A stretch of 64,000 nucleotides of DNA from Elsinoe ampelina (lineage: Eukaryota), in NCBI GenBank assembly GCA_010093995.1, contig ML992509.1, positions 1,077,850 through 1,141,849 of the forward strand, given 5' to 3'. Numbering within the stretch: the first letter of the stretch is position 1; each line of letters opens with the position of its first letter. Under the pieces are notes generated by a model that ran no database searches, was not told the origin of the DNA, and saw nothing but the letters and a program-made list of their open reading frames with translations. Positions 1 through 13,447 of the stretch are shown here, in pieces. Both the position numbers and the translations under genes were made by a program.

Positions 1-3000
1 CCTTCAAGGGGACCAGACTGGAGATGCGGTAGTGGTCCGAATCGCGTCCCGAGTAGAGGAGCGAGGCCATGTCCTGGACGGTGCCGATGCGCCTGAGCGA
101 GGACACAGCGTCAACGGTGTACTCAGGCTTGGAGCTGAGCGCGGCGTCAATGGTAGGCTCCTCCTCGATGCTAGACAGGTTGTGGAAGCCATCCTTTGTG
201 TGGTCCACGACCTTCTTGCCCTTGTTCAAACGGGCAAGAATGGTCTCGATGGAGACACCATGCTTCTCAGCCTTCCTGGCAACCTTTGCGTCCTTCTCAC
301 GCTTCTTCTCAGCGGCCTGCTCGAGCTCCTTCTTGCGGTTACGACGATAAGTCCCTTCGCTCTCATTGTCGCTGTCGAGGCAAGGGAAGTCGTCACCATA
401 CATGCGATCGCCCTCGTGAAGTGCATAGGAGTTCTTATGGACTTTCTCCAGTGCGTTCACGATGTCGCCAAAGTCCCTGCCATCACGAACATTCGGATTC
501 TCAGCGACCTCGCTCTCTGGAGGTGAGAGCACGGAAGAGGCGATGCTGATGTCAGATCTTGCGGAGCGGCCACTGACTGAACGAGCAGGACTCGATACGT
601 CGCGACGTGAGGATGAAGGCACAATGTTGGGGTCATTCTCGAAGATCCTATCCAAAGCCTCGCCGGAGATTGGGACCGGAAGTGCAGGAGCACGATTGGA
701 CCAATGGATGTGGGTGTGACGGTGAGGGTCGATAATGGTCGCGACTGGAGGGACACCAAAAGGAAAGTTGGAGTCGGCGGCGGGAGCAGGCGCAGGACCA
801 GGGGGAGGGGGAGGCCCCATTGGAATGTCGGGGATGCTCGGAGGTGCTGGACTCGGTGCGCGAGAAGAAAATCCTGCATCAACAGAGTTGGCTGCTGTGC
901 TACCACTGTAGTCACTTGGACTTCTCGTCGATGGGCGAAGAGTGTCTGTGGAAACTGAAGCGTGGGAGCGAGGACTGATGATCATGGATTCAGGCGGACT
1001 GTCGTTGGCGCGATCATCATGCTCGATGTTGTCTGTAGACTGTTCTCCAGTGTTTGTAGCTCGCTCTGCTGTGGTTTCTGTAGCTTCATCTTCAGTGATG
1101 CTTGTGGTCGGCCCCTCGGGAGTATCTGCTGGCTGCTCGACAGGTGTCGAGATACCACCACGCTCAAAGTAAGCGTTAGCCAGTGCAGCACCAGCAGCAG
1201 GCTCATACTCGACAGGCGCTTTCTGGACTTCTTCTGGCTGGGGAGTCACATCTTGTCCATCATGATCTCCTTTGTTGGCTTGCTTCTGCTGACTGCTGCC
1301 CGGGTGGGCCTGCTTTCCCTTGAGCTCATAGCCAAGATCTCCCAGACCATAATCATAGGCAAAGGCGAAAGGACGTTTACTAAGGTCCGTCTCACCAGAG
1401 TCGTCGGAGTCGTCATCTTTCTTGCCAGGGGGCTTGCGATGACCACCACCTGGGCCGCGACGGTCGACACTACCGGCCGTCTCACTGACTCCATGAGCAG
1501 TCGCCGCCTGCTCGGCAGCGGCCAACTTCTTCAACATTGACTGAGTGGCCATTGGACCGCCGGCGAGTGTGTGGCGAGCATGTGTCTCTGTGTTGGTCGG
1601 TCCGAGACTGATAGTCCAGACCTTCAGAGCAGGCTGGGAGATGCGGGACTTTGCCTGGTATGACTTGACGAAATCGTCGGTGCTCTTGGTCCTGTCTCCA
1701 AGGGGACGCATTTTACCGAATTGATGTGGACTACCATCGTCGTCTTCATCATCGTCACCCAAAGTGAAGCTTGCGCCGGGACCCGCTGCAGGCATCTTCT
1801 CGCGACGCTTGCTGGACAACTCTGATGCTTCGCGAGCAGCACGTCGACTGGCCAGATCGGCTTCGGCGGCCTTACTAGCCTTGTACCTGCGCTCAGCGAG
1901 ATCGCGCTCGTCCTCTTCCAGCTGGTTGGCCCATTGCATGACAGGCTCATCTTCTCGTCCATCGCCAGCGACGAGGATCCAATCGTACGGACACTTCTCC
2001 CAAGCGTCGTCGGCGCAAATTTTCTCAATGGCCGAGAGCTTGTTCGTCTGAAAGGTACCGATGATGAGCTGTTTCTTCGGAGTATGCTCCTTGCCGTCCG
2101 GATTGTGGTCAGGTGACTCGATGGCGTAGGTCGCGCGAATGCCCAGGCCTGGACAGATGGTGTTGATGAAAGAGCAGAGCTCAGAGATGTTGAGTCTCGC
2201 CGAGACAGGATGCTTTGCGTCGGTGTAATCAACAACGATGCGGCACATGTCTTCGATGGCGAAAGCGCCTTCAACACGCGAAAGGTGATACGTGAGGACT
2301 TGCTCGATGTCAGACTTCCATTTGCTGACTGTCTGCGTCGTCTCAGCAGCCTCCCACTGATCGGGAGGTGAATATGGATGGCGGACATATGAGCCGTCCG
2401 CGGCGATGAGACCAAGACTCGGGATCTTTCTGTAGAAAGTTGCAAGGGTACCCGGTTCGAGTGAAGATGTGATGTAAACGGTGTTGTGAGGCGAGGTGGT
2501 GAGAATGGTGAGTGTGTTGCACAAGTCGTCGTAATTCAGTCCGCTGGGTGGGAAGGTGCTTAGGGTATCTTCGTTGTCGAGGATGAAGAGTTTGGTTGTC
2601 GCGGACGAGTAGCTCTCCGTGAGAGAATCAGTGTTGAGGCGAGGTAGCCTGAAATGATAACGTGCGCTTTGCTCCGCATAGGCTGCGTCAAGCTTGTGGT
2701 TGATCTCGAGAAGCCACTGTCCTCCACTTGACCTCAAGATTGAGGAGCGCATCTTGTTGTAGCGAGTCTCCTTCTCCTGCGCTGACATGAGGTAGGCTTT
2801 TTCAATGAGCCTCGCGTTACCAGGTATGTCATAGGGATTGCAGGTTAGATCACTACCCTGGAGAAGTTGCGAGGTACCGGTGTTCTCGCTGAGGATGAGG
2901 ACGCCATGCTTCTTTTGCGGGTTCAGGGAGCCATCTTGACAGTAGATGAACTCTTGAGGTGTCAGACCCATACCCTCGCGAAGAGTGGTGACCATCATGA

Positions 3001-4836
3001 CGTCTCCATGAGCTAGGAGGGCAATATAATGATCGAGGGGAATGTCCTGTAGCAAGACACTGACAGAAGGGATGCTTCCAGTATTGTAACGTCTGTTGAT
3101 ACGATTTACAACATCGATGACTGAAGCCTGGATCTCAACCAGTTCGGTCGTGGACGTCGCGAACTGGATGAAGGTAGCCTGTGAGGTGGTCAGTGGGATA
3201 CGTCAATGTTAAGTAGCGAACACTGACCTTTGACTTCATGCTGGGATTGCGGTCTAAGAACATCTCAAAGGAGAGCAGCTTGTGGCGGATGCCGCGGATA
3301 TTGTCGAGCTTGTCGCGCGAGAAGATGAGATAATGGTCTTCGGTCACGTCCGTGATGGTTTCGACCAATTCTTCAACGCGGCTGCCTCTCTTCGTGACCT
3401 CAGCATCGATACGCTGGCGAGTGAAGCGCATGGGTTCGACCGCGACGTTGACGAAACGTCCTTTGAAATAGACTCCGTCCTTGTAGTTGTCCACGCACAA
3501 AAACCGGTTGCAGCAGAGGAGGAAGTGGTCAGCGTATTCTTGGGTCTGGAAGATGACCACATTGGCCCCGAGCATTCCTCTGAGGAGCTCCGCATGAGCA
3601 GGCACACAGCGGAAGACTTCTGGAGATGGGAAGCTGGTGTGCATGAAGAAGCCAATCTTTGCGTCGGGAAACTTGTCGCGAATGAAGCCAGGAACAGCCA
3701 TCAGATGGTAATCGTGGATCCAGATGACATCGCCGCTCTTGTATCGACTGATGATCTTGTCGGCAAAGGCGTGGTTGATGCGTTCGAAATGGACCCAGGA
3801 AGTCTCTTGGTAGATTTGTGACTTTGGATAGTCGGGCATGCGGTAGTTGAGGACTGGCCAAAGGACTAGCTTGCAGAAGTGCTCGTAATAGAGTTGAAAG
3901 TCCTTGTCGCTGATGTACATGATGGAGCAATTGTGGTCCTGCTCGAACTTGAGGCTGATCTCATCTTTGCGGTCTTTGGTAATGCGATCGCTCTCGACTC
4001 TACTGAGGGTGCCGATCCACAAGGTGTGAGACATTTGCTTCTTTCCTTCTGGGCTCTCCGTCAGGGCATTGACCAAAGCTGCATTGGTCAAGACAGGTTC
4101 GCAGACGGTCCACTTGTGATCCTCAAAGGTTGACACCTCTGGGTCAGGGACATTGGGCGGAGCATGTCCAAATGAACCCTTGCGATCGTGCTTCTTGTTG
4201 TGGACCTTGAGATTAGCAGTCTTAGCTTGAGATTTGAGGTCGGTGGAGGACAAACTCTTGAGGTTATCCTCGGAAACAGAAGTGGCGAGTACAGAGTCCA
4301 TTCTTTCCGCCGGTGGAGTGACCGTTCCAGTCAAGATCCATTTGGCCGTCCTGCCATCTCCAGGGAGGCGTTTTGATGCCTTGTGACGGTATCTGCTGTC
4401 CGGAAACAAGAGGTCCTTGACATCACCAGCGCTGATAGTCAGGGTCGAGGGTCCAGCGTCATTTCCAGTATTGTTTCCAGGGTTTCCAGTGTCGATATCG
4501 GCATTGGCAGTAGAAGAGCAAGCGGCGGCGGCGGCGGGCGACGGACGTGGTGTCGAGCGAGGTGAGAGCGGCTCTTCCCCTCCCTCTCCACGGAAAAAAT
4601 CACTCAGACTGTCATGCTTACCATTTTCTGTGTTCTTTCCCTTCTCTGTCTTCAATCGTTCCTCCGCCTCCAGATCCTGCTTCCTCCTGATCTCGTCTCC
4701 TTGCTTGCGGATCTCGGCGTATTCGAATTCGTGAAAATCAATTGTCAAGGGTAGGAAGCTGTGTGAGGTGTTAGCTAGATGCGGTCGCACGATGTGAGCA
4801 GCTAGGGACTTACATGCTGACCACGATGGTCTCCAT
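1..4836 (-). CDS. Trehalose-6-phosphate synthase/phosphatase complex regulatory subunit (TPS3/TSL1-like: GT20 plus degenerate HAD domain); 3' end runs off the window
   Basis: ATG at 4836 gives METIVVSI|FLPLTIDFH (intron 4759-4813, GTAAGT..GCTAAC..CAG). GT20 motifs: YYEHFCKLVLWP, IWIHDYHLM, IGFFMHTSFPSPEVFR, RDKLDNIRG. After a second intron (~3179-3227) the frame continues TTLREGMGLTPQEF, LILSENTG, HAD-like LFILDNEDTL and VAGDGREDE, and stays open to base 1. Confidence 0.9.
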
Positions 4837-6186
4837 CTTGGAAAGGGATTTATTGCGATCAAAATGAATGTGAATTTGATGGTATTTCGTAGGTGGTCGA
4901 ATGGTATGAAGTGTTTGGTGGTTCCAGGTGAGGTCCTCGAACAGCTAGGAATTTAGGGACTGGCGGTGGTGGCGGCGGGCTATGTGCTGGCAGGTCATGT
5001 GAATATCGACGACGATCGGCGATGTACCAGGTGGTCGGACCGTGCGTACGTAGAATCGTCGTCACTGTCACATGTCAGAGAGGTCGATGAAGTGGTATAT
5101 ATGTTTCTCGTTCCTTGGCATAGGTATACGTGAGGAAGGTGCGAAAGCCACTCCTGCCAGCAGCATAGCACGCCGAATGATCAGCCAGTACCGGAAACAC
5201 ATTGTACTTTATGTAAGAGGCGTCGACAGTACTCATAGTGGTTTCACAGGACGTTCGTCAAATGCCGAGTTGCGTTGGACTGGTGGCACGTCGAGAGGTT
5301 GAAGAGGCGGAATACACCACGGGATCTCTTCCGGACAAACTCGACTACCAGGATATGAAACATTTGCCGTATTTGATAGGATGAAAGTCTGTTGACAGGA
5401 TGCAAAAGGTAGTGCAGCATCTGTCATGCGGACATCCAGGTCCAGTAAATTTCGCAGAAATGACGGGCATGTCGGGCCCTCACTGTACGTCCCGGGCACC
5501 TGCGTCAGCACTACCGGTCAACAATCATGTTTGCCACGATCAGAGATCGGATCAGCCTGGTGCCAGGGCGAGAAACGTGGATGGACCTGGTCGCAGCAAG
5601 TCATCCCCACTCTGCACGACATGGCTGCGACTATCGAAGAGACATGTGCGACGCTGGGCATTACGAGTAACACCGAGCGTCAATTTTTCTGCTTGAATTG
5701 GATGGCAAGGAAAAAAAAAAGAAGCGAGTACAATCACATTGTTGGGGAGTGCAAGAGACAAGGAAAAGGGTGGCTCGCTCCAATGAATCTTCATTCAGCT
5801 CGCTCGTAATATGCAGAAAAGTATCCTCCGGCCGTGATTTGATAGTAAACATTGCTGAGCGATTAGGATGTGAAGGGGTATAATTGGTGTTGGTAATCAA
5901 GAGGGATGATCGAAGGAGAAGACACCATGCAACCCAGTTGCTGCCCGAAGGTCTCCATAAGTCTATCGGTGTATCTCAAGCCCAGCCCCCTTATCCCTAG
6001 ATGTCAAATCACCCGTGCACTGTGAGATGTGCAATGCATTGGGGACTTGTCGAGAAGTGTCGCGTCGTCTTGTGCTGTGTCGTGTCGTCATCATAGCACG
6101 GCCGTGCCCAGACAGTCGTGCGTCTAGAATACAATCTTGCTGCCTTCATCTGTTGAAGACAGACAGGGTGAAGTATCGATCATGCT

Positions 6187-7616
6187 TCAGTTGCTCTCTG
6201 TTGGCGCTTCCGTGTTGCGCTCTTGGTCGACCACTTCTCTCGCGTAGAACTCGACCAGCATTGTCCCGTAAGCCTCAAGCTCTTCCACAGGGACTGAGAG
6301 TCGAAAATCGTTAAGAAGTAGAAACTGCAATTCGAGGTGATTAAGCTCTGGGAGAGGGAGTCCTCCGACCTATGGAGAATTAGCCTGTATTTCCGCAAAA
6401 TGAAGCAAGAATGTCTTACCTTCGCATATCGCGAATTGGTGTAGAAAATGTCGGAGAAGAACTTGCTTGCACAGGTGACGCCAGCAATTACCAGTCTGTG
6501 GATGTTGAAGCTGTCCACCACAAAGAAATGTGACAGGTTCAGATCTTGGTCTGCGGGTGCGCTGCCGGATGCTGGAGGGGATTCTTGATATCTGCTGTGG
6601 GGTGTCCCGGGAATCGCCCCATGTTGATCGGACGTCTCGAGATTGCCCGACGCTGGTGGAGTTGCAGTCTGTGATGCCTCTGGCTCTTTTCTGTCCTCCA
6701 TCTGTATGCCCTCTTCGGATTGCCGGCGCTCCTGTGCAGGGCGTGCTTGATTCTGTTGCCTCATGCTTTGAATCGGCCCCGAGTTCACCTTCTCCGTCAT
6801 GCGATCAAAGTAGACCAACAAGCTCAGAAAAACCTCGTAACTCGTCGGGCAGTACTTGTTGATGCGGTTGAGGTAGCTCAGGATTGTGATGCTGGGTACA
6901 TTCTTGCCGTGGAAAGCTAAGACGCTGCTTGTTTGGGGGCTGATCGAGGTGCTGTTGTCGGCAGGTGGCATTTGTCTGTGCAAATGCTCATGCTGCATAT
7001 CGTTTGTGGTCGTGATCTTCGTAAGCAGACCTGCTACCATCTCGATAATATGCTCAATGGGCATACTGCTGATCTCGTATTGCACGTTGAGGTCTCTTTT
7101 GCTCCTAGCTCTTGAACCCATGGCGCTGCCAGGTCTGCTGCTTGCAATCGATTGTATATGCGCCAAGTCACGGACCTGGACTCTATGCGTGTTGTCTGGG
7201 GAGGGATGTGGCGCAGGGAGAGAAATGGTGGAGGAAGACATGGAGATGTTGTTCTCGCCAGCATCAACCTGGGACGGGGTGTCTGTACCAGTGGTGGAAG
7301 AGGCTACAGAGGCAGTATTGGCTTGCGCCATTTGTCTTTCGGGACGGGCACGTTCTGAAGGTGTGCTGTTGTCGGAAGGTACTTGAGCGCGCCTCGGTGT
7401 CGCATCATCTTCTTGTGATTGATAGCTCTGCTGGCTACCAGATGAGCGGGACATGGGCACAAGTGAGTGCGCCACGTCCCGCATGCGCTCGTTATGCGGT
7501 GTGCTTCTGCCTGACCTCGTCGACGTTGCGCGAGAAGAGTGATAGTCTGAATAGTCCCCAGCCTGGTGTGTTGGGGTGAAGAGGTGATTGACGGATTCAG
7601 CCACGACGGCCATCAT
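6187..7616 (-). CDS. Pho85 cyclin (Pcl6/7, Pho80 family)
   Basis: Cyclin box AFHGKNVPSITILSYLNRINKYCP..FNIHRLVIAGVTCASKFFSDIFYTNSRYAK; intron ~6370-6419; last exon VGGLPLPELNHLELQFLLLNDFRL..*. Confidence 0.9.
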
Positions 7617-8939
7617 ACAATATCACTCGTGTCTGTTGACATGTACGTGTTAGTGCTCTGTTCGTCGAGGACAGATATTGCAACAATTGTCTCTCGATTT
7701 CGGCTGGTAGGGCCAGTTGGTTGGGTCGTCCCAGGGTCCGGTTCCGTTGTTCGATGAGATCATGTACTGTCCAGGGGTTGCGCTGAAAGCCTTGGTCTCC
7801 CGTGAAGACGTCGCGTGTGAATGTTGTTCCTCAAAGAAAGTGGTCCAGTATCCAGACTGTCCAAGAGTGGGAGATTAGGAGAGAACAATGCGTTGAGGCT
7901 GTGGAGACAGGCGGTAAAGCGTCATGGTGCAGGGACTGTGAGAGGCAGCGGACGACGGGTGCGACTTGTGGGCGGCGGGCGGGCAGGTTTCGCGCCAGAA
8001 ACACGCAGAGAGACACGTCAAACAATTCGTCGGGCTGAACTTACTCAGATCATGTGAGGCGGCTCCTCCTTGTCGCCCAAATTTATCCTTCTCTGGTGTG
8101 CAGATTGCGCGAGTTGTGCAGTATGCAGACTGCGATGATGAGCGAGTGAAGGCGAAGCTGTCGAGGGTGGAATAATTCTAGACTTGTCGATGGGTGAGAG
8201 GACGGGAGAGGGTGAAGCTGGCCGACCAACATCAACTTTGGACGGCGACATGATTCGCCCCGGCTCTTCCCGGCGAGCCGTCTACCAAAAGTCGATCTTC
8301 GAAACCCTGGAAGCGATCTCCTCATCTCAATGCCAATTCGTCAATTTGCTGCTGGAACGCCCCACGTGTCCCAGATGAGCGATGCCGTGACTTTCAATTT
8401 CACCTCATGACCCTGGCTTGTGTGATGCTCGCTTGGATATCTTGTCAGCAGTCCCCTGTCCGTAGGGAACTTCTTGTGTAACGGTCGGGTATACTTTGAT
8501 AGAACGTCAAACGTAGACAGGCGGTACTGTCAGAGACGTCCGGCAGTTTAGAATACTCATCACTCATGAATAATAAGCATAGACGCTGCAACCGGGTAGG
8601 AAAGGTAGTCAAACAAGCGGCGGTCAATAACGCCACTATGAAAAGCTTCATCCCCATATGCTCCCCGTTGATGTTTACTTATGCCAAAACTACCACAACA
8701 ACATGCTGAGCGCACAGTGAGATTGAGACAGCGTGGACTGCTTGTAATATTTCATGCACGTGAGCCTTGACTACTACTGATACATATATCCTCCAATGTT
8801 GTGCGTCATTGGGAGAGAAGAGAGTACTGTCCCATGCCCATCTCAGACTGTTTTCCTCTGAAGGAGATGAGAGCCCTATCCCGCACCCACGCTATGCCAA
8901 TTGAAAAGCGAGTAAATGTCTTTGAAGGTTGTCCTGTTT

Positions 8940-10863
8940 CTACGCAGCTGGCGTATCAACCTTCTTCCCCTTGATGCTCTTCCACTCGATCAGAGCAGAT
9001 CCAAAGATGCTCAGTGCTGCTGTGGCAACGCCAACGTAGAAAGTCTGAGTGAGGGCTGTGTTATAAGCAACCAGAACGCCCTGCAGCATGTCGGGTGGCA
9101 CAATGTTCCTGATTTCAGTGGCGCCTGTGCGTAATATCATGGACGGCTCAAGCGTTGGTACCTCCTGCTGCAGATTCGAGATCAGCTTGTTGGTGTTGAT
9201 ATTCTGAGCAACTGAGATGAAAATGGCGCCGCCGAGTGTTTGAGAGAACGCGATGATTGCTGTACCGGTTGGTACGTCCTTCTTGGGAAGGACGGTCTGA
9301 ATTGCAATGAGGGTAAGTTGGAGACCGAAACCGACCCCTGCACCATACAAGAGCTGGTAGCCGATCCATTTGCCCGCTACCATATCTATCGACCATGTCG
9401 ACATGAGCCCAGCGCCTACAGCAGTGCAGATACTGCTGGCGATCAACCATGGCGTGTAGTAGCCAGAAATCTGCGTGCCGGCTCCAGAAACGATGGAAAA
9501 GACGGTGACACTCAGCACAAGCGGCAAGTTTCGAATACCTGATTGTGTCGCCGACACACCCATGATAGCTTGAAAATAGATTGGCACGTACTGGTTCATT
9601 CAGCATAAGAATACAACAGGAGAAGTGCCCGTGGTATGCAGGGAGGTTGGGGCAGATGAGGAATGAACTTACGTAGAGCAAGGCGAAAAAGCTCCCGCCA
9701 AGCATGACCGCGAACCACGCCGAAGCACCGACGGTCCGGTTGCGTAAGATATGACCAGGGACTGTAGCGTTGTCGCCCATCTTCCATTGAACTCCGACGA
9801 AACATAGTGCGAGCACGCCGAAGAGGATCAGCAGCGCGATGATGCGGCCACTGTTCCACGGATATTTGCTACCACCCCATTGCAGAGCAAGGAGCAAGCA
9901 GACCACAGTGGGAAGAAGAACCAGAAGACCTGGAATGTCGAAAATGATCAAGTAGTCCTTCCAGGAATTGATCGTCGGACGTTTGCCTCCAGCTGTCGAG
10001 CTCGGGTGGAAAAAGAAGAAGATGAAGATGGCAGTGAGCAAACCGAGTGGCAAGTTGATGTACTGGTTGCATGTCAGTTCATGATACTGTTTAGTCCTGG
10101 TTATCAACCTACGAAGCACAATCTCCACGTCACACTGTCAGTAAAGACACCTCCCAAGAGGGGGCCGGCCACAGAGCTGATACCGTACATGGCGCCAATG
10201 ACACCAGTGTACAGAGGCCTTTGAGCGAGAGGAACGGTGGCGGCGATGATAAGGATGGCCCCACTAAATAAACCAGCGGAGCCCACACCTGCCACTGCAC
10301 GGCCTACGATCAGTGCTTCCGAGTTGGGAGCGACGGCGCAGACCAGAGATCCAAGCTCGAAGAGACCCAGAGCAATCAGGTAGACCCATTTTAGGTTGAG
10401 GAAGGTGTAGAGCTTTCCGAAGCCGAGCTGGAACGCGCATGTAGTCAGGAGGTACGAAGAACCGTACCAGCCAACATCGTTGATACTCCCAAACTGATCT
10501 GTGATCTTCGGGATGGCGGTTGCTAGGATGGTGTCTGGTAGGATGATGGGTCAGCATTTGTTCTCATATTTCGAGAGAATAAATCTCCCGGATAGACTCA
10601 CTGTCGAGGGCGAGACAGAAGATGGAAAAGCAAAGCGACAGTGTGATCAAGAGTTTCTTGAACGCCTTTGGGTACTGCACGTCAGCGTCATCCTCCTCGA
10701 CTTCATCGTCGGTTTTTGTGGTAGTTGGCTCTGCGACCTTTGGCTTCTCGTCAGTCGTCGAGTTGACATCTGATGTCGAGCCGTTCCTTTTCTCGGCCAT
10801 GGAGGGCGTCTGGCTATTGTTCTGACTAGGAGCAAGAGTTGACTGTTCCGAGGTCAAATCCAT
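8940..10863 (-). CDS. MFS drug/toxin efflux transporter, DHA2 (14-TM) family
   Basis: Multi-exon; motifs [82 protein letters not shown]. Confidence 0.9.
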
Positions 10864-12032
10864 GCCTGGGAAACCAGAGACTAGGTATATTTGAAGGTTA
10901 GGTTGGCGCCTAGCGGATTGACGTTCCCAAGGGTAGGTTTTGTTTAGGCAATGCTTGTGAAAATCTTCGCCAGCAACCAGGAATGTTGTTGAAACAAGAA
11001 GCCAAGTCGAATGTTGAAGTTGTATGTCTGCCTAAACAGAGACAGAAGTGAAGGAGTGTCCTTTTCTTAAGATCAAATGAGAAAATGAAAGACTCATCGT
11101 TTTTGCCTGTGCCGCTGATTTCGATTGAACAATCAAGCTTGCATGGATCGAGATGGTGTCGCTTCCTTTGTCGCTTGTCCAGCCGTCAACAGTCGTCAAA
11201 CACCAAAACGGTCGGGACAATTTTCAACCCGGTCAAGCACCGAGCCCCGACATTTTTTTCCTGCTGCGGAAATTGGTCCGTCAATAATATTAATGTTCTG
11301 GTTGGATCATGGGCCTTTTTTCCCAGTCGACAAGCCTCGACGATTCAGGGATGTGAATATTCTTGTCGTGCTAGGATTCTTCCCTGGTCTTTTCTGACGT
11401 CAAGACATTTTTTTTCATCCATGGTCAGGCCTTACCTAAGGTAGTTACCACAAGCGAACTAGCAGAGGAGGTCAGCATGTCGGAAAGACAATCACATGCC
11501 CCATGAATACGGCCCGTTTCGTGTGTGTCAAACATGTTCACGTCAAGGTTCAGGATGTACGACATGTGGGACTGGAAATTATGAGCACATCTGGTAGTTG
11601 ACTTGGTCCCAGATACTACCGGGATTTTGACATGTCTTCACCACCGAGACTTCTGGTAGTACCTGGAGTTGGTGGTAAGGTATGACTGTCTGGCCTTAGG
11701 ATCTTGCATCCGCGTCTGCTGTCACCTATGGAAACTTGACCTAGCCCTGCACGAAGGAATGGTTGAAGGATGTTTGCGTTCATGCTGCCACTGTCCGTAC
11801 GTGATGGGCCTTCTCATCGACCACTTCTAATGCATTGGAAAGTCTGTCTCGATTACAATACCTACCCATGTAGAATTTCTCAGCTGTCAAACCAACGCCG
11901 AATGTCGTCATCACGAACATCGACGCACCCTACGGCTTATCATCAGGTCAACGGACATATATGAGAAGCTATGGGTATCTATTCTGTATGTGCGAACTTG
12001 GTTCCTGCAATCATCCCGGCAAGCCCTTGAGC

Positions 12033-13070
12033 TTATTGCGACATGATGTGAATACGCAGGAACTCCTCTATGTAGTGGAAGTATGCTGACTCCGCAACTG
12101 TGTTATTGTGGTCGCCATGTGGCAGCTCACGCCAGACTTTGGTCCTTGCTTTGCAGAGGCTATACAATTCTTTCATGTGCCAGGGCCTGTGTCTCGATCA
12201 GCTGAAGTATAAACAGTAAGTTAGCCGTACACACGGAACAATTTCATCCTTCAGACCGCTGAGGAAGAGGATCGGCGTGTCCTTGACGACCGGTAGGTAC
12301 TCTTCACTCGGCCACTTCTCATGACACAAAGGCGTCAACCACTTGGCTGCAGGCATGACACTACATCAGGTCAGCTCCGACCCGGATCCTATTCATACGG
12401 AGTCGACGAACCTCGGGATCATCTTTGCTATGCTAAGGAATGTGTTCTCCAGCATTATGCCCGCGACACCCTTCTCCACGTTGGCGGCTGCAAGTCCGAT
12501 GCCCACGGCACCGCCAATGCTCTGGCCGTAGATGACAAGCTTCGTGTTCTTGAGGTCTGCCCTTTGCTTGATGTAATCGAACCCAGCTTGAGCGTCAATC
12601 GCGATGCCCTTTTCGCCAGGGTCTCCAGTTGAAAGACCATATCCACGGTACTGCAGCATGAGGACGTTGCATGTCAGGTCATTCGAAAGCACCTTTGCAA
12701 TAGGCAAACGATGGCCAATGTTTCCAGCATTTCCATGAAACATAAGGAGTGTAATGTTACGTGCATGCTGAGGATTTGGCGGCTTGATGAGGTATGCATG
12801 TAATGTCTCTTGATCGTGCGTGGTGATCCTGAGGTCTTCGTACTCTGTGATTCCGAACTGTTCTGGTTTCGGAACTTCTGTTCTTGCTCCGACGGGCAGG
12901 TTTCGGGGGTAGATAAGTTCACTTCATGTGTCAGCTAACGGCTGATGGGAGAGGTTCTAGGATGTTCCAAGTTACTTTTGATAATAGTATAGGGCCGAGC
13001 TCAGAAGGCCGACGAGCCCACTAGTGGCGAACAAAGGGATTCGAGCATACGACCATAAGACTCCCGCCAT
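12033..13070 (-). CDS. bem46: Bem46/ABHD13-like alpha/beta hydrolase
   Basis: N-terminal anchor MAGVLWSY..LYYYQ; FHGNAGNIGHRLP, YRGYGLSTG, nucleophile GQSIGG, ENTFLSI, GLKDEIVP, HNNTV; three introns. Confidence 0.88.
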
Positions 13071-13447
13071 GGTGGCGCTTGGAAGTGACAGAGCAGGTCA
13101 AGTGAATAACCCTAGGAGCTCATGCTTTTCGTATCATGAACTGTTGCTTGATTATGTCCGCGTCACGACAGTGACCTCCATAGTCCACTCGTCCGAAGTG
13201 GTCACTGCAAACGAGCAGATAGTGGTCGCAGAGGGTGACCTAAACAGGTCGTCGGAAATTCGGGCCGTCGAGCTTAGAGCTCTCAAACGCGACAGCATCG
13301 ACTGCCTGACATCGAAACCACCTTCGCATCACCACCACACCATCTCAATCTCATCTACCACCCCCGTCCACCCAACTCTTCGTTCATAGCATCTCCGGCC
13401 GCACACACTCCGCTCGCTGACAAGAAGCCCCCATCGAATCACACAAT

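Noticed and set aside
1624..2445. 273-aa minus-strand ORF in the track
   Set aside because: Off-frame shadow of the TPS3-like exon, whose true frame carries the family motifs.
8940..13070. MFS transporter plus hydrolase as a secondary-metabolite cluster
   Set aside because: No PKS, NRPS or terpene synthase nearby, and Bem46 and Pre3 are housekeeping genes.
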